NCBI GenBank assembly: GCA_965222605.1
Contig: OZ244960.1
Coordinates: forward strand, 4,320,001-4,384,000
DNA: 64,000 bases
Reading direction: 5' to 3'
From: Candidatus Latescibacterota bacterium
GTDB taxonomy: Bacteria > Latescibacterota > UBA2968
Positions 19,883 through 29,813 of the stretch are shown here, piece by piece. The number at the start of each line of letters is the position of its first letter. Position 1 is the first letter of the stretch. Both the position numbers and the translations under genes were made by a program. The notes under the pieces are model-generated. The model searched no databases. It had not been told where the DNA came from and saw only the letters and a program-made list of their open reading frames with translations.

Positions 19883-22210
19883 ATGCGTTGTTTGAATAGA
19901 CGGCACATCCTGCTTGGGATCTGCGCGCTGGCTGCGGCCCTGTTTTTCGGGTTCGTTTCGGACCTGAACGCGCAGAATATCCGGCAGTTCGCACACCGGC
20001 AACTGACCCGGTCAAAGATTTGGCACACCTTCCGCAACGGGCTCTCCGGACGGGTGATCCGCCAGCCCGGCTCCCCCTGGCACGCTGGGATGAACTACCC
20101 GGGAGGGTTCATGGACCGCGATGCGTCCGATTTTAACAACTGGTGGGGGCAGTGGACCGTATCGGCGAGGAGGGGCCGGTTTAATCTGCCTTATTCCACC
20201 ACCCGAGGGGAGGGGATCTCCATCCTCATCCCGGACAAGGGAGTCTCTGCGGCCGGGCCCCGCTGGAATACCGATGATATCGTTGGAAAGGTCTATGACG
20301 TGGCCAGCGGTCCGGAGTTCCACCTGGGGTTCGAGACCTACGCCCACTACAAGGGGGGGTACAACTACGCGGAGGAGCGAAGGCCCGGCCCAATGGCCAA
20401 TTACTATCCGGGCGCGCCGGCGGTGGCGCGCGGCCCATTGGAGATTCACAACCACATCTACGGGCGCTACATTGGGGACGACGCCTTCCCCGAGGAGATG
20501 GTGATCTCTCAGTGGACGACGAAGTTCGGGATCACGGTGACGCGAAAGGCGTATGCGTGGAGCTACCCGGATTTCGACGACTTCATCATCCTGGAACTCA
20601 TCTTCGACAACAACGGGGATACGAACGGCGACGGCGTGCCGGACGCCGGGCTGCCCGAGCCGCTCAAGGACGTGTACTTCTCCTTCCAGAACATCGAGAC
20701 CATCTCCTCGGCCGGGATATTTAACACCTGTTGCTCATGGTGGTCGCATAGTGCCTTACACGAGGACGATTACTACCGGTTTACGGGCGCGGCAAACTAT
20801 GACGGTCCGGTTGATTACGCGGACCTGAAGATCAGCTACCACTGGGATGGGGACTCGCCCAACACCTTGTGGGACGATACGGGGGGCCCCTACGTCTCCA
20901 GCCGGCACTCGCCCGGGTTTGCGCACCGGCCGGACAACGAGCTTACGGACGCGATGTATTTGGGGTTTGCGCCGATCGATACCGAGCCGCCGTTTGTTAA
21001 CGACCCGGAGGTCTATGAGGCACCAAAGGTGGCGGACCAGCCGGTGGCGGCGAACTGGTTCCAGATCTTCAGCAACAGCAGCTACACCGAAGCCGATCCG
21101 CAAAAGGACAGCGACGAAGCGATCTTCCAGAAGCTCATTGAGGCGGGCATCGTGGACAACCCGACGGACATCGGGTCCTACGTGCATTCCCAGAGCTATG
21201 GACCCTACGACCTCCCGCCGAACGGGAAGGCGAAGCTCGTGATGGTCTTTGCGGGTGGCTATGGCGGGGAGTTCGAGGACGAGGACGCGGGGGTGGACTC
21301 CCGGGGATTGGGGTTCTACGAGTGGGCGCAACTCGGTCGGCAGGAGGAGCTTCCGAACGGGCTGCCGGTGATGGTGCGGCACGTGCGCCGTGCGCACCTG
21401 GCCTACAACAGCGGCTACGATCTGCCTGATTGTCCGCCGGATGTGGCCACCCAGCACGAGGACAACCCGAATGGGCAGTGGCGCCTCGTCTGGCCGGACG
21501 ATGCGGACCGGGCCGAGGACCCCGATTATTCCGACCCCAACGAGGCGCGCGATGTGGTGGCCTACCGGGTCTATCGGGCTACCTTCAAAATTGAGGGACC
21601 CTGGAAATTGTTGAAGGAGATTCCGGTGGGGGACCCCGCGCACTACGACGCCGCTGCCGGGACATACACCTTCGACGACGAGACCTCTGTGGCCGGGTTC
21701 AATTATAGCTACTCGGTGCGGACGGTGGATAGCGGGCATTCGACCTGGGTTAACAACGACGGGACGATGACACTTGAGGACCTGCCTCTGCAGCTCCAGA
21801 ACCGGGTGAAGAATGGGATGGAGTCCGGGCACTCGGCCCCGGAGCAGCGGATGAATCAGCTCGTGGCTCCCAAGGTGCCCGGCACGGTCGATAAGGACCG
21901 GCTGGAGGAGCCCGTGCGCGTGGTGCCCAACCCCTATCGGGACGACGACTTGCACAAGTACCCGGGCAGCGACCGCATCCGGTTCGTGAACATCCCCCGG
22001 AAGTGCCGGATCTCCATCTTCACCCCTGCGGGGGACCTGATAAGGGTCATCGACCACAACGCCGAGGTCGGTGAGACAGCGTGGGAGCGGCAGATCCCGA
22101 GATCGTTTATCCAGGAGACGGCCAGCGGGATCTACTACTACGTGGTGGAATCGCTGGTGCCCGGGTCGGAGGGAAAGCAGTTCATCGGTACATTCGTAAT
22201 TATCAGGTAG
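19883..22210 (+). CDS. Secreted protein with FN3-like domain and T9SS type-A-like C-terminal sorting domain (CTD-1)
   Basis: Sec signal LNA|Q with no lipobox; YRVYRA..FDD..YSYSV FN3-like segment; C-terminus VRVVPNPY..IRFVNIP..ISIFTPAGDLIRVIDH..W..ASGIYYYVV..FVIIR. Confidence 0.8.
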   Translation: MRCLNRRHILLGICALAAALFFGFVSDLNAQNIRQFAHRQLTRSKIWHTFRNGLSGRVIRQPGSPWHAGMNYPGGFMDRDASDFNNWWGQWTVSARRGRFNLPYSTTRGEGISILIPDKGVSAAGPRWNTDDIVGKVYDVASGPEFHLGFETYAHYKGGYNYAEERRPGPMANYYPGAPAVARGPLEIHNHIYGRYIGDDAFPEEMVISQWTTKFGITVTRKAYAWSYPDFDDFIILELIFDNNGDTNGDGVPDAGLPEPLKDVYFSFQNIETISSAGIFNTCCSWWSHSALHEDDYYRFTGAANYDGPVDYADLKISYHWDGDSPNTLWDDTGGPYVSSRHSPGFAHRPDNELTDAMYLGFAPIDTEPPFVNDPEVYEAPKVADQPVAANWFQIFSNSSYTEADPQKDSDEAIFQKLIEAGIVDNPTDIGSYVHSQSYGPYDLPPNGKAKLVMVFAGGYGGEFEDEDAGVDSRGLGFYEWAQLGRQEELPNGLPVMVRHVRRAHLAYNSGYDLPDCPPDVATQHEDNPNGQWRLVWPDDADRAEDPDYSDPNEARDVVAYRVYRATFKIEGPWKLLKEIPVGDPAHYDAAAGTYTFDDETSVAGFNYSYSVRTVDSGHSTWVNNDGTMTLEDLPLQLQNRVKNGMESGHSAPEQRMNQLVAPKVPGTVDKDRLEEPVRVVPNPYRDDDLHKYPGSDRIRFVNIPRKCRISIFTPAGDLIRVIDHNAEVGETAWERQIPRSFIQETASGIYYYVVESLVPGSEGKQFIGTFVIIR

Positions 22211-22223
22211 GAGGACCCTTGAG

Positions 22224-23216
22224 ATGGCATACAGGATCTGGTTGATCGTCGTTCCGACGGTCTGGTTCTTCGCCCTCTCCCCTGTTCTGGGGGCCGAGAT
22301 CGGGACTGAAAGCGATTTTGACATCGATGAGAACACCCGGAGCCTGGCGGGGCAGCGGGTGGGAAGGGCGGGTTTTGGATTTTTGAAGATCGGTCAGGGC
22401 GCTCGCCCGGTCGGGATGGGTGAGGCGTTCGTGGCGGTGGCCGACGACATCAACGCGGCCTTCTGGAACCCGGCTGGCCTGACCGAGGTCGAGCGCCTCG
22501 ACTTCCTGTTTACCTACAGCGAGTGGATCGCCGGCAGTATGGTGATGTCCGGGGCAACGGCAATGCAGACGCGGTACGGTGTGGTGGGACTCAGCTTCAT
22601 CAGTCACCAGCCCCCCGCTACTGAGGAGACGACGATCTTAGAGCCGCAGGGCACTGGGGAGATGATGAACATCGGCGACATAGCGGTGGGATTCCTCTAC
22701 GCCAAGCAGTTGACGAACAAGCTCTCCTTCGGGGTGCATTTCCGATGGATACAGGAAAGTCTGCACCTCGAGAACCTCCAGACGGTGGACATGTCGGTGG
22801 GCACCCACTTCGACACCGGATTCAAATCGGTGCGGATTGCGATGAGCTTCCAGAACTTCGGGAAGGACCTCACGCCCGTGGACCGTGCGTTCCCGATGCC
22901 GGCGGTATTCAACTTCGCAGGGGCGATGGAGGCCTATGGAAATAGGGGAGACCCGGTCTGGCTGACGATCGCGTCGAATTTCAATTTCCCCATCGACTAC
23001 GAGGAACGGCTGGTCGTGGGCGGCGAGCTATGGTTGATGAACACGCTGGCGCTGCGCGGCGGGTACAAGTTCAACACCGACGTGGAGGGATATACGCTTG
23101 GCGTAGGGATGAAGTGGGGCCGCGACAATGGCCGCCACATCGCGGTCGATTTCGCCTATTCCCAGTTCGACCTTTTCAATGCCCCGCTGAGGTTCTCGGT
23201 CAATGGAAGTTTCTAA
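22224..23216 (+). CDS. PorV/PorQ (UPF0164)-family outer-membrane beta-barrel (PorV-like 1)
   Basis: FLKIGQGARPVGMGEAFVAVADD..AAFWNPAGL signature, LALRGGY, VDFAYS, terminal Phe. Confidence 0.88.
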   Translation: MAYRIWLIVVPTVWFFALSPVLGAEIGTESDFDIDENTRSLAGQRVGRAGFGFLKIGQGARPVGMGEAFVAVADDINAAFWNPAGLTEVERLDFLFTYSEWIAGSMVMSGATAMQTRYGVVGLSFISHQPPATEETTILEPQGTGEMMNIGDIAVGFLYAKQLTNKLSFGVHFRWIQESLHLENLQTVDMSVGTHFDTGFKSVRIAMSFQNFGKDLTPVDRAFPMPAVFNFAGAMEAYGNRGDPVWLTIASNFNFPIDYEERLVVGGELWLMNTLALRGGYKFNTDVEGYTLGVGMKWGRDNGRHIAVDFAYSQFDLFNAPLRFSVNGSF

Positions 23217-23228
23217 CGGCATGCAGGA

Positions 23229-25226
23229 ATGACCGCCTCTTCGCCAGGACATAGGCGCGATCCAGTATCCCTGGGCCGGGACGTCGTGCCCGATATCCGG
23301 CTGCGCAGGACGGTTGTGGTCTTCGCTGCGCTGACGGTGGTACTGGTGGGCGCAGGGGCAACTTATCTCGACTTCAAGACGAACTCCGGGCGTCTGGCGA
23401 TGTCCAACCTGCCCGTGGTCGTGTTGATCCCTTTTGTCTTCTGGCTGCTCACCAACCTGCTGCTAAAAGTTTGTACGCCCCGTCTGTCGCTGTCCACCAG
23501 CGAACTGCGCTTTGTACTCAGCCTGCTGTGGACGGGCGGCATGTTCGCCGGGTTCAACTGGATTACCAGATGGATCGGCGTCATGACTGCGCCCCGGTAT
23601 TATGCCTCGCCGGAGAATCGCTGGGAAGAGCTGATTTTCGATCACCTGCCTTGGTGGCTTTATCCCACCGATGCGCCGGGGGTCTTGGGGCACTTTTACC
23701 TCGGCCTGGGGCACGAAGCTTTGCCGTGGGGCGCGTGGATTCCCCCGGTTTTCTGGGCCGTCTCGGCCGCCGTGGCCATGACGGCCATCGGGCTAAGCCT
23801 CACGGCCCTGTTCCAAAAGCAGTGGATTCAGCACGAACGCCTCACATATCCTCTCGCTCAAGCCTCCCTGGATTTGACCCGCGGTTTCGACCGGCAGGCC
23901 GGGTTGCCGAGACTGTTTCGCTCGCGGCTCTTCTGGGTGGGTTTTGCCGTTGCGGCCCTTCCGTTGCTTTTTAATCTGATCGAATATTGGAATCCCGGTT
24001 TTCCTCACGTTTCCGTTTTCGACCCGTACTACAGCCGCTGGAGCGGCCATCGCGGCATCCAGGTCTCCCGATTCTTATTCCCGGTCTCCTATCGGATCCT
24101 GCCCACCCTGACCGGATTTCTGTTTCTGTGCGACGTCAACATTCTGTTCAGCATTTGGTCGTTATTTGCCGTGGGCCAAACACTACTTCACGGCATGTAT
24201 CGTATCGGTTTATCCGCAGGTCTGAGCGGTCAAAGCGCCAGTCCGGGCGAACTTGGCAACATCTTTTCGCACGGCGCGATGATGGGTCTGTCCGTGTGGA
24301 CGGTCTGGACTGCGCGCGGCCACCTCAAGCGCGTATGCCGCCAGGTACTGCGCCCTGAAAGCACGTCGGATGTCTCTGTCTTCGCACCCCGCCCGGCTTT
24401 TATCGCGCTGATCGGCGGCCTGATTTACCTGGTGTTCTGGCTGCACGCGGTCGGTTTTGGGTGGCTCGCCGCCCTGGCGTGGCTGGGTTTTTTCTGGGCC
24501 GGGGTGCTGACGGCCATGAAGTTTCTCGCCGCCAGCGGCTATGCCTACCTCTTTCCCTACTGGGGCCTCTCGATCGGCGGCGTTACCCAAATCTGGATCG
24601 GGTCGGCCAATATGGCAGAATCCACACAGGTGGGGCTGCGCTTGATCAATGAAGGCAGCCTTGCCGGCTGGCGGCTCATGCCCGTCCTGCCCCAAATCTC
24701 CAGGTTGCGCACGCACGGCATTGCCCGGCTCGTGTTCGCCGGCCTGCTCATCGGCCTGCTATCGGCCGCTCTGTATACGATCTGGTTTTCCTATACCCAG
24801 GGAGCAGCCTCCTTTCAGACCTGGACTTTGCGCGGCCAGCCGGTTAACATGTATCAGGGTATTGCCAACGCCGTATCCGATACCCATCTCACCGTCCCCG
24901 ACCCGGCCAAGATCGCCGTATGGCTGATCGGCGGTGCCACGGTCACTCTGATGATCGTCCTCCAGGTTCGCCTGGCCTGGTGGCCGATCCATCCGGCCGG
25001 CCTCTGGTTGATGTTTGAGTGGTACGTGCGCTACTATTCGGTCAATATCTTTCTGGTTTGGCTGGCCAAAGTCATCGTTCTCAAGTTTGGCGGCATCCTC
25101 CTTTACCGCTGGCTCAAGCCCTGCTGCTACGGCCTGATCGCAGGCTATGCGTTCGCCTTAGGCTGTTCTCTTCTGGTCGATCTGATCTGGTTTTCCGGTG
25201 GTGGCCACTTTATTCACGCCTGGTAA
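23229..25226 (+). CDS. DUF6785/DUF6784-like polytopic membrane protein (paralog 2)
   Basis: PRYYASPENRW, QWIQHERLTYP, WWPIHPAG, LKFGG..LYR, C-terminal GHFIHAW. Confidence 0.8.
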   Translation: MTASSPGHRRDPVSLGRDVVPDIRLRRTVVVFAALTVVLVGAGATYLDFKTNSGRLAMSNLPVVVLIPFVFWLLTNLLLKVCTPRLSLSTSELRFVLSLLWTGGMFAGFNWITRWIGVMTAPRYYASPENRWEELIFDHLPWWLYPTDAPGVLGHFYLGLGHEALPWGAWIPPVFWAVSAAVAMTAIGLSLTALFQKQWIQHERLTYPLAQASLDLTRGFDRQAGLPRLFRSRLFWVGFAVAALPLLFNLIEYWNPGFPHVSVFDPYYSRWSGHRGIQVSRFLFPVSYRILPTLTGFLFLCDVNILFSIWSLFAVGQTLLHGMYRIGLSAGLSGQSASPGELGNIFSHGAMMGLSVWTVWTARGHLKRVCRQVLRPESTSDVSVFAPRPAFIALIGGLIYLVFWLHAVGFGWLAALAWLGFFWAGVLTAMKFLAASGYAYLFPYWGLSIGGVTQIWIGSANMAESTQVGLRLINEGSLAGWRLMPVLPQISRLRTHGIARLVFAGLLIGLLSAALYTIWFSYTQGAASFQTWTLRGQPVNMYQGIANAVSDTHLTVPDPAKIAVWLIGGATVTLMIVLQVRLAWWPIHPAGLWLMFEWYVRYYSVNIFLVWLAKVIVLKFGGILLYRWLKPCCYGLIAGYAFALGCSLLVDLIWFSGGGHFIHAW

Positions 25227-25335
25227 TACGAGGAGCATGGAGAGGAGATGGGGTGAAGAATCCGGAGATTGGGGATAGGGGAGATATGAACAGCTTTTTT
25301 TGGAAAATTCAACCCGTACAGGAGTGCGTAGCCCT

Positions 25336-25641
25336 ATGGAAGCCGTGAAATTCGACTCGTCAACCATGCCGCGTCAGCGGCTGCTTTACTTGCATGCCCG
25401 CACGCCCAGCGTCTTTTCGGAGATCCTGGGCTTCACGCCGATCGAGCCGATCGAGGGATACAGAGCGGAGATCGCCGCCGAAGCGCAGGAGTGGCCCTAC
25501 CAGACCGTGCACGATGCTCTGGTGGATGGCTGGCAGATTGTGCAGTTTCCCCACCTGCAAGCGCCCTTTAGCGATCAGGACCTGGACGTGGTCGGCTACG
25601 AGTTCATTTTACAAAGACTGGAGATCATCGATGACCAATAA
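25336..25641 (+). CDS. Small hypothetical protein coupled to a PhyH gene
   Basis: 101 aa after AGGAG; overlaps the downstream start; RQRLLYL...DGWQIVQFP...GYEFIL. Confidence 0.6.
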   Translation: MEAVKFDSSTMPRQRLLYLHARTPSVFSEILGFTPIEPIEGYRAEIAAEAQEWPYQTVHDALVDGWQIVQFPHLQAPFSDQDLDVVGYEFILQRLEIIDDQ

Positions 25642-26410
25642 AGAACACCTACTTACCGACGTGGAGGTAGCCCGGTTTATCGTCAACGGCTATCACATTG
25701 TGGAGCCCGACCTGCCGGAAGGCCTGAACGAAGGGATCGCGCGGCAGTTGGATGAACTGGATTCCAATCCCGGCGCCGCAATCACCGATGTGGTGCCCGA
25801 CCTGTGGCAGGTGCTGGAGCACCCGGCCTTGAGAGGGGTACTGGTCAGCCTGCTCGGCCCTGACTACGAGGTGCTGTCCCCGCGGCACTGGCACTGCAAA
25901 CCGCCCGGTTCGGACCACATGCAGTGGCACCAGGATGGCACTAACAACCGGGCAACCCGCATCGACCACTTCCTGGGGCTCTATTACCCCCGCGACGTCA
26001 CCACAGAGATGGGGCCAACCATTATCGTGCCCGGTACGCAGTTCCGGAATGCGCCCACCGACCGCATGGCCACCTACACCAATATTCGCGGGCAGGTCCC
26101 GCTGGTGATCAAGGCCGGCACGGTCGCCCTTACCCACTACGATCTGTGGCACGGCACGGCGGCCAACCGCTCCGGCGTCAAGCGCCATATGGTCAAGTTT
26201 CACTTCCAGCGCACCCAGGAGAACAGCGAACCGACCTGGAACCACGACCCCGAGGAGCTCAACAGGCCGCACGACTGGAACCTGCGCGACAGGGCCGAAG
26301 ATGTGAACAATATTCTCACGTTCGGCAACCCCCTGGGCGTGTCCCAGAGCGACAACTACAAGGAACGCGCCATTCGACGCAAGTGCTGGAACTCCCTGAT
26401 GGGAGGTTAG
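25631..26410 (+). CDS. Phytanoyl-CoA dioxygenase (PhyH)-family Fe(II)/2-oxoglutarate oxygenase
   Basis: F..NGY start, WHQD (HxD), GPT...PGT, WHG..N..R; start ATG 25631. Confidence 0.88.
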   Translation: MTNKEHLLTDVEVARFIVNGYHIVEPDLPEGLNEGIARQLDELDSNPGAAITDVVPDLWQVLEHPALRGVLVSLLGPDYEVLSPRHWHCKPPGSDHMQWHQDGTNNRATRIDHFLGLYYPRDVTTEMGPTIIVPGTQFRNAPTDRMATYTNIRGQVPLVIKAGTVALTHYDLWHGTAANRSGVKRHMVKFHFQRTQENSEPTWNHDPEELNRPHDWNLRDRAEDVNNILTFGNPLGVSQSDNYKERAIRRKCWNSLMGG

Positions 26411-26475
26411 AAGGAGTAATCCCAGAAAACCGAATGTGCTGTTTGAGTTTTAGATTGGCTTCCTTTCCCAAACAC

Positions 26476-26515
26476 AAAAAGGGCTTACAAGAAATTCTTG
26501 TAAGCCCTTTATTTT
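26476..26515. terminator. Bidirectional intrinsic terminator
   Basis: AAAAA-GGGCTTACAAGA-AAT-TCTTGTAAGCCC-TTTATTTT, between the PhyH stop and the tRNA fragment. Confidence 0.8.
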
Positions 26516-26518
26516 AAT

Positions 26519-26567
26519 TTTATGGTGGGCGATACTGGATTCGAACCAGTGACCTCCTGCTTGTAAG
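26519..26567 (-). repeat. att-like direct repeat: duplicate of the tRNA-Val 3' end (anticodon loop to CCA plus 4 nt)
   Basis: 49-bp identity to 40634-40682 (tttatggtgggcgatactggattcgaaccagtgacctcctgcttgtaag). Confidence 0.93.
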
Positions 26568-26711
26568 CAAGAACACCTAAAAACTCACGATACGCGCAAT
26601 GTTTGCTATATCAATAAGTTACAAGATCACTTAAAAAGTCCTTCAGCTCTGGTGTCGTCTTGTGCATCCTCTATCAATTCTCCAGAAGTTCGACGTCATG
26701 ATTTTGTTTTT

Positions 26712-29078
26712 CTATTCTTTTCGGAGAGCATCTACAGGATTTGTACAAGCAGCTTTCCAAGCTTGATAGCTTACTGTCAGGAATGCAACCAGCAACGCCA
26801 ACCCGCCACTGAGCACAAAAATTATCCAGTGCAAATCTATACGATAAGCAAAATTCGTTAACCAATCTCGCATGGCCCAGTATGCAACAGGCCACGCAAT
26901 GAGGTTTGCGACCATAACCAGTGTCAAAAAATCCTTCGACAGTAACATCACAATACTACCCGCCGACGCACCCAACACTTTGCGAATGCCAATCTCTTTT
27001 GTCCGCCGCTCTGCGGTGAATGCCGCCAAACCGAATAGTCCCAAACAAGCAACAAACATCGCTAATCCCGTTAGAATACCTGAAACATGTCCGCGTCTTT
27101 TTTCAGCTTGATATAACCCATCTAATCGACTAGACAAAAAATAGAATTCAAACGAACGATCCGGAACAAATACATCCCAGGTCTGTTTTAGATATTCAAT
27201 CGTATTCATTATATTTTGGAACCGAACGCGAACAACAAACTTGCTATACCAGCGCGGCGTCATAATAAACGCCATTGGCACAATCTCCTGATAGAGCGAC
27301 TCAAAATGAAAATCTTCGATCACCCCTATCACCTGTCCTTGCCGCTCCACATACGGTATACGCACTGTTTTGCCTAATGGTGCTCCCCATCCGAATTCTT
27401 CTATCGCCGCCCGATTAAGAATCACCGCCCCCTCTGCATCTGTTGCCCGAGCCTGTGAGAAATCGCGTCCCATTTCTAAGTCGATCCCAAGAGCTCTAAA
27501 ATAATCCGAATCTACCATCAATACAGCCATCTCTCTTGGTGCTCCACCTTCAGGAACTACGTCATATCGACGCACAAGGTCATCGGGGGGTATATTGCGG
27601 CCCGTTCCTATTCTCAATACATTTGGATTTTTCAATACTTCTGCTTTGAATGCATCTAATTGAGCGTGTACAAATCTTGATCGTTCGATTACCACTACAT
27701 TTTCCTTTTCAAAGCCCAATGCTTTGGATCTCAAAAATTCCAACTGTTCAAAGACTATACCTGTGCAAATCAGCATAACAATTGAAATGCAAAATTGAAC
27801 TACAACCAACGCATTGCGAAATACCACACCGCGACCAACCTTCTGTTCTTCCAAGGCTTGGACAGGCTGGAAATCCGACAATACAAAAGCGGGATAACAC
27901 CCAGCGACAAGCCCAATAAAAAAGGCAAAACCAACGAAAGACGGGAAACCAACCCAACCTTGCCATAAAGATACTTGTAGATTTGTTGCCATCAATTTAT
28001 TGAACCAAGGCACAGAAAATTTAACCAATAACAGCGTGATACAAAGGGCGATACAGGATAACAGTACCGACTCGCCGAGAAACTGAGCAACCAACTGCCA
28101 CCGATGCGCACCCACCACCTTTCGCAGGCTAATTTCTTTAGCGCGAATAATAGATCGCGCTGTTGACAAACTCATGAAATTCAAACACGCAATTGCCATC
28201 ACCAATACAGCAATACTTCCGATAGTATACACAAAATCTATAGAACCATTCTCTTTCCACTCCTCTTGGATATTTGAGTGTAAATGAATACGTGTGATAG
28301 GCTGCAAAATCAGTTTTGAAAATGGCACATCTGCTTTATAAAGTTGCTTTACAAAGGCGACTAATTTTTCTTCAAGCGCACCAGATGAAATCCCTTTGCG
28401 CAATAACACATAAGTATACTGGGTATTTCGCCAGGTATTAAGCGTAGTATTCGAAAACAAATCCTGTGAAACAGACATCGACAGCAGCGCATTGAATCCA
28501 ATATGCGAGTTATCTGAAGTGTCTTTCAATATCCCTGTTACTTTCACCGTAGGCATCGAATCTCCTACCCAGAGTAGCTTCCCCATAGGATTTGCATCAC
28601 CGAAATACTTCCTGGCAATCTCTGTATTAATCACAATCGAATAGGGTTCTTTGAGCGCTGTCTTTGGATCTCCCTTTTCCAGCGGAAACGAAAACACATC
28701 AAATACAGTGGCATCGGCAAAACAAAATTGACGTTCAAAAAATTGCTTGTTGCCATATCGTACAGATGGGTTTATGCGATAAAAGCGCACAGTTTTCTCA
28801 ATTTCAGGAAATTGCTCTTTAAGCAACTCAGTTAACAGATAGGGTGTTGTTGCCCTCTGATACATTTCGCCAGTGGTCTCATTTTCAAATTCACTTACAA
28901 TGCGATAAATTCGATCCGCTTTCCCATGAAAGTGATCATAGCTCAGTTCATCTATTATAAATAGTATAATTAAGAGACAACACGCCATACCAACGGCCAA
29001 ACCGAGGATATTGATCGCCGAATGCAGTTTGTGACGCTTGAGATTGCGAATCGCCACAAGCAGGTAGTGGTGGATCAT
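26712..29078 (-). CDS. ABC transporter permease, MacB/FtsX-type with duplicated periplasmic and FtsX domains
   Basis: RNL.RHK..SAINILGLAVG, R.KEI.LRKVVGA, RTKEIGIRKVLGA, NPVDALR.E; start ATG 29078. Confidence 0.9.
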   Translation of the reverse strand: MIHHYLLVAIRNLKRHKLHSAINILGLAVGMACCLLIILFIIDELSYDHFHGKADRIYRIVSEFENETTGEMYQRATTPYLLTELLKEQFPEIEKTVRFYRINPSVRYGNKQFFERQFCFADATVFDVFSFPLEKGDPKTALKEPYSIVINTEIARKYFGDANPMGKLLWVGDSMPTVKVTGILKDTSDNSHIGFNALLSMSVSQDLFSNTTLNTWRNTQYTYVLLRKGISSGALEEKLVAFVKQLYKADVPFSKLILQPITRIHLHSNIQEEWKENGSIDFVYTIGSIAVLVMAIACLNFMSLSTARSIIRAKEISLRKVVGAHRWQLVAQFLGESVLLSCIALCITLLLVKFSVPWFNKLMATNLQVSLWQGWVGFPSFVGFAFFIGLVAGCYPAFVLSDFQPVQALEEQKVGRGVVFRNALVVVQFCISIVMLICTGIVFEQLEFLRSKALGFEKENVVVIERSRFVHAQLDAFKAEVLKNPNVLRIGTGRNIPPDDLVRRYDVVPEGGAPREMAVLMVDSDYFRALGIDLEMGRDFSQARATDAEGAVILNRAAIEEFGWGAPLGKTVRIPYVERQGQVIGVIEDFHFESLYQEIVPMAFIMTPRWYSKFVVRVRFQNIMNTIEYLKQTWDVFVPDRSFEFYFLSSRLDGLYQAEKRRGHVSGILTGLAMFVACLGLFGLAAFTAERRTKEIGIRKVLGASAGSIVMLLSKDFLTLVMVANLIAWPVAYWAMRDWLTNFAYRIDLHWIIFVLSGGLALLVAFLTVSYQAWKAACTNPVDALRKE

Positions 29079-29263
29079 TGGGTGTTTCCAGATTAGGATA
29101 AAGTTCGCTGGTAATATGAACAAACACCCTAAAGGAGTAAACAAGACGCTCCAGCGGGTGGTCGTATGTTTTGCTCTTGCCGGCTATATACGCTTTTTGC
29201 TTTTGGAGAATAGAAAATATCACCTAATGTTTTGCACAATTTGTGTTTTTTTATTATTACTCA

Positions 29264-29615
29264 CTGATGTTACGCAGCTTTAAGGATTTGTAGTTCATGG
29301 AAAGCATATCGAATCGCCTTGAGATAGAGTCTTGACCTGAGGGCAAAGTGATTGAGTCGATGCTTGACTCGCAAGCCTTCCAAACGACAGGCGGCATAAA
29401 TGGCCATAAAACAATGATTGCTTTGCGTGCGCACCCGCTTTGTCGGCGACTTGGATAGGGCGGCATTGGACTTGAGCGTTTTGTGAAACGTCTCCACTTT
29501 CCATCGTTTCTGATAGATCGTTTCAATGGTTTCTCCATCACATGTAAGATCACTGCAAGCCAGATACATCGTGCCTGTGCTACCATCTTTGTTTGTAAAG
29601 ACTTGCCGAAGTAAA
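29264..29615 (-). pseudogene. IS701-like transposase C-terminal fragment with probable right end
   Basis: QVFTNKDGSTG.MYL..SDL...IYQKRWKVETFHKTLKSN..L.KSPT..RTQSNH; N-terminus missing; the stop lies within the terminal motif CTGATGTTACGCA. Confidence 0.75.
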
Positions 29616-29813
29616 TGGGGTCCTCAATTCAAAAGACAGAAAGGAACAGGTATATTGCTCGCGATGTTTCAAATTAGCTTCTTATGCTGAAAAATCAAGG
29701 ATAAATAGTAGGAATGACCAATTTACAGAATCGGATATGAACGGCGATTTCGAGTTCTCAGCATCCTGGACAACTCTTCTATCGACTATTTCCAGACACG
29801 ATTGCGGATATCT

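Noticed and set aside
19883-22210. SusD-like lipoprotein call for the gene after the receptor (also 35182-37311)
   Set aside because: No lipobox cysteine at the cleavage site and no TPR-like helical pattern; both end in a T9SS-like CTD.
26523-26567. Second tRNA-Val gene
   Set aside because: Lacks the 5' acceptor strand, D-arm and 5' anticodon stem; it is an att-like fragment.
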